Shown piece by piece: positions 17,763 to 21,854 of a DNA stretch of 21,854 nucleotides (within the stretch, counting starts at the first letter, position 1; each line of letters begins with the position of its first letter). Position numbers and translations under genes: made by a program. The stretch lies in assembly GCA_000388065.2 (NCBI GenBank), contig KB932210.1. One strand, written 5' to 3'. This stretch comes from Fonticula alba ATCC 38817. Its lineage: Eukaryota; Protista; Nucleariida. The notes beneath the pieces were generated by a model that saw only the letters and a list, made by a program, of their open reading frames with translations, did not search any database and was not told the DNA's origin.

Positions 17763-18880
17763 CATCCTTTTGTGCCCCCCCCTGCGGGCCGGCCTCTTTT
17801 TTTCGCGGCCGGACGTGCGCGAAGCGCGTTTGTGTGCCGTGTGCGTGCGTCGGCCCCCGCCCCCCCCCCCGCACGCGACCGGCAGGGGCGGTACCCCTGC
17901 TCTCGATGCGTGTCAACCGCCACACCTCCGTGGGCCTGGCTCCGGGCGCCCGATCGTCGTGCCTGTTTCCGGGCCCGTCTCCGGGGGAGGGGGGGGGAGG
18001 GCGGAGGAAGGCGTGCGCGCGCTGTAGCGGGCCAGAACGAGGGGCCGCACGCTCCCCCGGCGCGCGCGCCCGCCCAGCGTGTGGTCCCCGCCCTCGTCCG
18101 GGGCTCGGTGTCACCGGCGTCCCACCGTGCGGATCGGTCCCCCCCCCCCCCCTGCCGCCACGGGCCTAGCAGCGGTCGGCCCACTTTTTGTTGTTTCAGA
18201 AAGATACTATATTGATGGGAAGGAAAAATGGTCCTCGGTAAAATACAACCCCCGCGAGGGGCTGGAGCATGGGGCGGGGGGCGGCGCGCGCGCGGGGCCC
18301 AAGTTCTCCCCCGGTCCCCTGCCCTTCACCCGGCGGGAGGAGAAGGGCAGGGGGCTCGGGCGCGGGGGTGTCCCTGGGCACCTGCACGGCGCCCGCACAC
18401 GCTCGGCCACATCGCCGGGCACGGCATGCCCCCCCCCACACCCGGGGCGTTCGCCCCTCCTGCTCCGGCTCCCCCCCTCTGGCGCGAGGCACAGTGCGGC
18501 GGAAACTCAAAGGCACTGCTCGGGCCTCGTGTAGCCGGGGACACCGGAGCGGAGGGATGGGCGCGTGGCACATGGGGAACTCAGCCCGGGCCGCGAGGAG
18601 GGAGGGGAGAAAAAAGAAGGCCCCAGAGGCCGGCCACACCATGCCGGCGGCAGCCACGCACGCGCCGCACCAGGGAAAACTGTCCCCGGCCGGCGGGCGT
18701 GTGCGTGCGCCCCGCCACGACGGTCCTCCCGGGTCGCGGGCGGGGGGAGGGTGCTCTCGTCCAGTGGGCACACGGGGCGGCCGGGCGGCCGGCCGGGCGA
18801 GTGTCCGCCCTCTGCGCCCCATGCCGCGCGCCTCCCCCTCTCCCCCCGCCCCCTGCAGACGGGTGTCCCCGCCCTGCGGC

Positions 18881-21534
18881 TTAGGACATCTCGAAGGACG
18901 TGGAGGAGCCCTTCTTGCCGACGTGGTGCTTCTTGTAGCGGTAGATGCAGGCGCCGACGCCGATGATGACGAAGACGCCGATGATGACGGCGATGATGAT
19001 CAGGGCCTGGGTCAGCAGGCGCATGGCCTTGCCATAGTTGGGGTGCCACTTGTCGCAGTCGGCCTTCTCGGGGGAGGTGCACTCGAGGCACTGGTTGAAG
19101 CAGCTGGCGCACGCGCGGTCCAGGCCGCCGCCGTCGATCTCGAAGAAGCGCTCCGGGCAGGTGTCCAGCGCGCAGCCGAGATTCAGCAGCACGCGGTCCG
19201 GCTGGCAGGACAGGCAGCAGCCGGTGGCGGCGCCGCAGTTGCAGCTGGCGCAGCCATCCGCGCAGGGCCCGCACACGCCGGCCACCGTTTGGGACATGTC
19301 GTCCGGGTCGGCCGGGGCCGGGTACGTCCGGGCCGGGCAGGCGTCCACGCAGGCGCCCTCATGCAGGTAGAAGGGCGCCTGGCAGAGCTCGCACACGAGC
19401 TCCCCCGCGCCGGACCCGCTGCCCTGGGCCCCGCTGCCGGAGGCCGAGGAGGAGGCCCCGGCCGAGCTGCCGGCCAGCGTGCCGTCATCCACCCGGCAGC
19501 GCTGGCAGCGGCTCGGGCAGGGCCGGCACGTGCCATTGTCCTGCAGGCTGCCGGCCGGGCAGCCCCCGAGCACGCATGTCCGCTCGGCCGGCAGCAGGAA
19601 GTACCCATGGGTGCAGGCGTCGCAGGCGCCGGTGCCGTCCTCGCACTCGTCGCACCCGGCCGGGCACCGGGCCAGCGCCCCGGCCGTCGTGACATAGGTC
19701 ATGGTCGGCTGCTGGTCCAGGCAGGCGCCCTCCAGGAGGACCTTGCCGGCCGGGCAGCCGAGGCAGGTCGTGCCATCGGCGCAGGTCCCGCACGAGGGGT
19801 GGCACTCGATGCACGCCCCGGCCTTGGGGAATTCCCCGGCCGGGCAGGCAGCCTGGCAGGTGCCGTCCCGGGCCAGGACCCTGCCCTGGGGGCAGGCCTT
19901 GCAGGCCAGCACCTCCTGGCCGCCCCCCAGCGAGTCGGTGTACGCGATGCACTGGTCAATCAGGCAGCCGGCCGGGCAGGCGTCGCAGGTGTTGGCCGGC
20001 CGGTTGAAGGCCTGGCCCGCGGGGCAGGCTGTCACGCAGGCCATGCCGTCGTCGCGGAGCCGCGCATCCCCCAGGCAGGCGGTGCACTTGCCGCCGACGG
20101 CGGTGGCGCACCCGGCCACCGGGATGGCCGTGCACTGGCCGGCGCCGTCGGCCTGCTGGCCGCGCGGGCACTCGGCCACGCAGGCCTGGCCGCTGAGCAG
20201 GAACCCGCTGGCGCACCGGCTGCACACGCCATCCGGGCCGCATGTGTGGCAATTGGCCGTCGGGCAGGCCCGGCAGCCATCCTGATTGTCGTCATAGGTG
20301 CCAGCCGGGCAGGCGGTCACACCGGGCCCGAGGCAAGCCCGGGCCGCGTGGTCCAGCAGGCGGCCCGCGTCACACCGCAGGCACGCGGTGCCGGTGGCGT
20401 CGCAGACGCTGCACCCGGCCGGGCAGCCGGTCCGGCAGGCGCCGTCCACCGGGCAGGTGCACGTGCCGGCCACCAGGGTCAGCCCCTCCGAGCAGTCGGT
20501 GCACTGGTCGGCCCCGGGGCCGGAGCACCGGCCGCAGGTGGGGTGGCACGGGCCGCAAATGCGCTCCTGCGTGGCGGCCAGGTTCCCCATGTCCGGCAGC
20601 GGGCCATACCCGGCCGGGCAGCTGTTGCCGCCGATGCACTGGCCATCGTGGCGCCAGAAGCCCGGCTCACAGCGATCGCACGTCTGGCCCTGCGAGCAGA
20701 AGGCGCAATTGGCCCCGACACATGGCAGGCAGGTGTTGGTGCTGGAGAGATACCGGCCGGCCGGGCAGCTGGCACAGTCGCCGGCCAGCGGCCCGGTGCA
20801 CTCGGCGCACGACCCATCGCACGCCTGGCACCGGCGCTGGGCCGCGTCGGCGAAGGTCTTCGACGGGCAGATGGCCTGGCAGGCGCCGTCGCGCAGGAAC
20901 AGCCCGGCCTGGCAGGCGGTGCACGTGCCGAAGGTGCATGCGGCGCAGCCGCTCGGGCAGGGCACGCACGCCTTGTCCATGAGGAAGAAGCCGGGCGCGC
21001 ACCCGGCGCACACGCCATCCACCATGTCGGTGCAGTTGACCGGCAGCCGGGCGCACGCGCCGCTGCTGCTGGCCCAGGCGGGCCCGGCCGGGCAGGCGCT
21101 CCGGCACTCGCCATGCATGGCCACATAGCCGGTGGCACAGAAGTCGCACTGGTGCGACCCGGTCCCCAGGCATGTGTCGCAGTTGGGCGCGCACTCGGCG
21201 CACACCTGGGTCCCGAGGATGGTGGTCGTGCCGGCCGGGCAGGCCACCTCGCACTGGCCGGTGGGGCTGAGGTGCAGCTGCGTGCCGCACGCGGTGCACG
21301 ACCCATCGGCATCGCACGCCACGCACCCGGCCGGGCAGGGCACGCACACGGACCGGCCGGCGGCCAGGTCGAAGGAGGCCCGCGCGCCCGAGCCGCAGGT
21401 GCGCTGGCAGGTGCTGTCTGCGCGCAGGACCAGCCCCGGGGCGCACTCGGTGCACTCGCGCGGCTTGGCCAGGTCGCAGGCCTGGCAGTTGGGATGGCAG
21501 TCGATGCATGCCGGCTCGTCTTCGAAGATGACGG
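18881..21534 (-). CDS. Furin-like / CxxC cysteine-rich repeat type I membrane protein; last exon only, 5' part outside window
   Basis: One exon 21534-18881 after acceptor ATGCAG (AG at 21536-21535), a poly-C tract and branch GCTGAC (21596-21591). Many CxxCxxxCxxC / CxxxCPxG repeats, one TM helix (LLTQALIIIAVIIGVFVIIGVGACI) and a 20-aa tail YRYKKHHVGKKGSSTSFEMS. The ORF-track start at 21712 lies in intron sequence. Confidence 0.88.
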
Positions 21535-21678
21535 CTGCATCATGGCGAGGGGCGGGGGGGTGGGGGGGGGGGGGGGGGGGGGCGGGGCATGTCAGCCGGA
21601 GTTCGATGGGGCGTGGCGGCCAGCCCCGGGCTCGGGATCGGCCGGCAGAGCGCGGCCCGGCCCCACTGGCTGCCCCAA

Positions 21679-21695
21679 CGCGCGCGCGCGCGCGC
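21679..21695. repeat. (CG)8 tract in intron
   Basis: Read directly. Confidence 0.9.
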
Positions 21696-21698
21696 ACA

Positions 21699-21841
21699 CC
21701 TATGGGAGACACCTATGGAGGACCCCTATGGATGACCCCTATGGAGGACCCCTATGGAGGACCCCTATGGAGGACACCTATGGAAGGCATCTATGGAAGG
21801 CACCTATGGAAGGCGCCTATGGGAGACACATATGGGAGACA
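21699..21841. repeat. 13-bp minisatellite, 11 units (consensus CCTATGGAGGACM), in an intron of the Cys-rich gene
   Basis: cctatgggagaca|cctatggaggacc|cctatggatgacc|cctatggaggacc x2|cctatggaggaca|cctatggaaggca|tctatggaaggca|cctatggaaggcg|cctatgggagaca|catatgggagaca. Confidence 0.93.
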
Positions 21842-21854
21842 CATGGACCCCCCC

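Noticed and set aside
18181-18250. AT-rich stretch resembling a plus-strand mini-exon (TTTCAG...GTAAAA)
   Set aside because: The donor does not fit the local consensus and there are no partner exons; more likely the 3'-end region of the minus-strand Cys-rich gene.
17763-18883. Spliced or read-through kinase domain after the Cys-rich protein tail
   Set aside because: Clean TAA, no good donor in the tail and no kinase motifs in any downstream frame.
21699-21841. CRISPR-like appearance of the 13-bp repeat
   Set aside because: Head-to-tail tandem units with no unique spacers, inside a eukaryotic intron.
1-21854. U12-type introns, selenocysteine or recoded stops, transposase/RT genes
   Set aside because: All introns are GT-AG without the RTATCCTT donor, gene models have no internal stops, and I saw no mobile-element motifs.

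Overview
GC-rich, intron-rich eukaryotic genomic DNA with two small N gaps. Lineage is inferred, not checked: a fungal-type IDH1 and FMP42 together with a PWI-containing Prp3 suggest an early-branching holomycotan (Fonticula-like) protist. I reconstructed six protein genes by hand. They are a 5'-truncated regulatory NAD-IDH subunit (+), an SLC43/FMP42-like MFS transporter (+), an intronless Sen54 (-), Prp3 (+), a GH47 alpha-1,2-mannosidase (-) and a 5'-truncated furin-like/CxxC Cys-rich type I membrane protein (-). There are three intronless tRNAs: Ala-AGC (+), Leu-CAG (-) and Ser-AGA (+). All spliced models keep frame across GT-AG introns. I found no clearly novel multi-gene system. The most unusual signals are a 385-nt unbroken purine/pyrimidine-alternating tract filling an intron up to its acceptor, a donor code dominated by GTGCGT (+4 C in 21 of 23 introns), sense-strand C/CA-rich introns, a head-to-head Sen54/Prp3 pair, a kinase-less VSP-like surface protein, and possible ncRNA or promoter elements between the divergent tRNA-Leu and tRNA-Ser.
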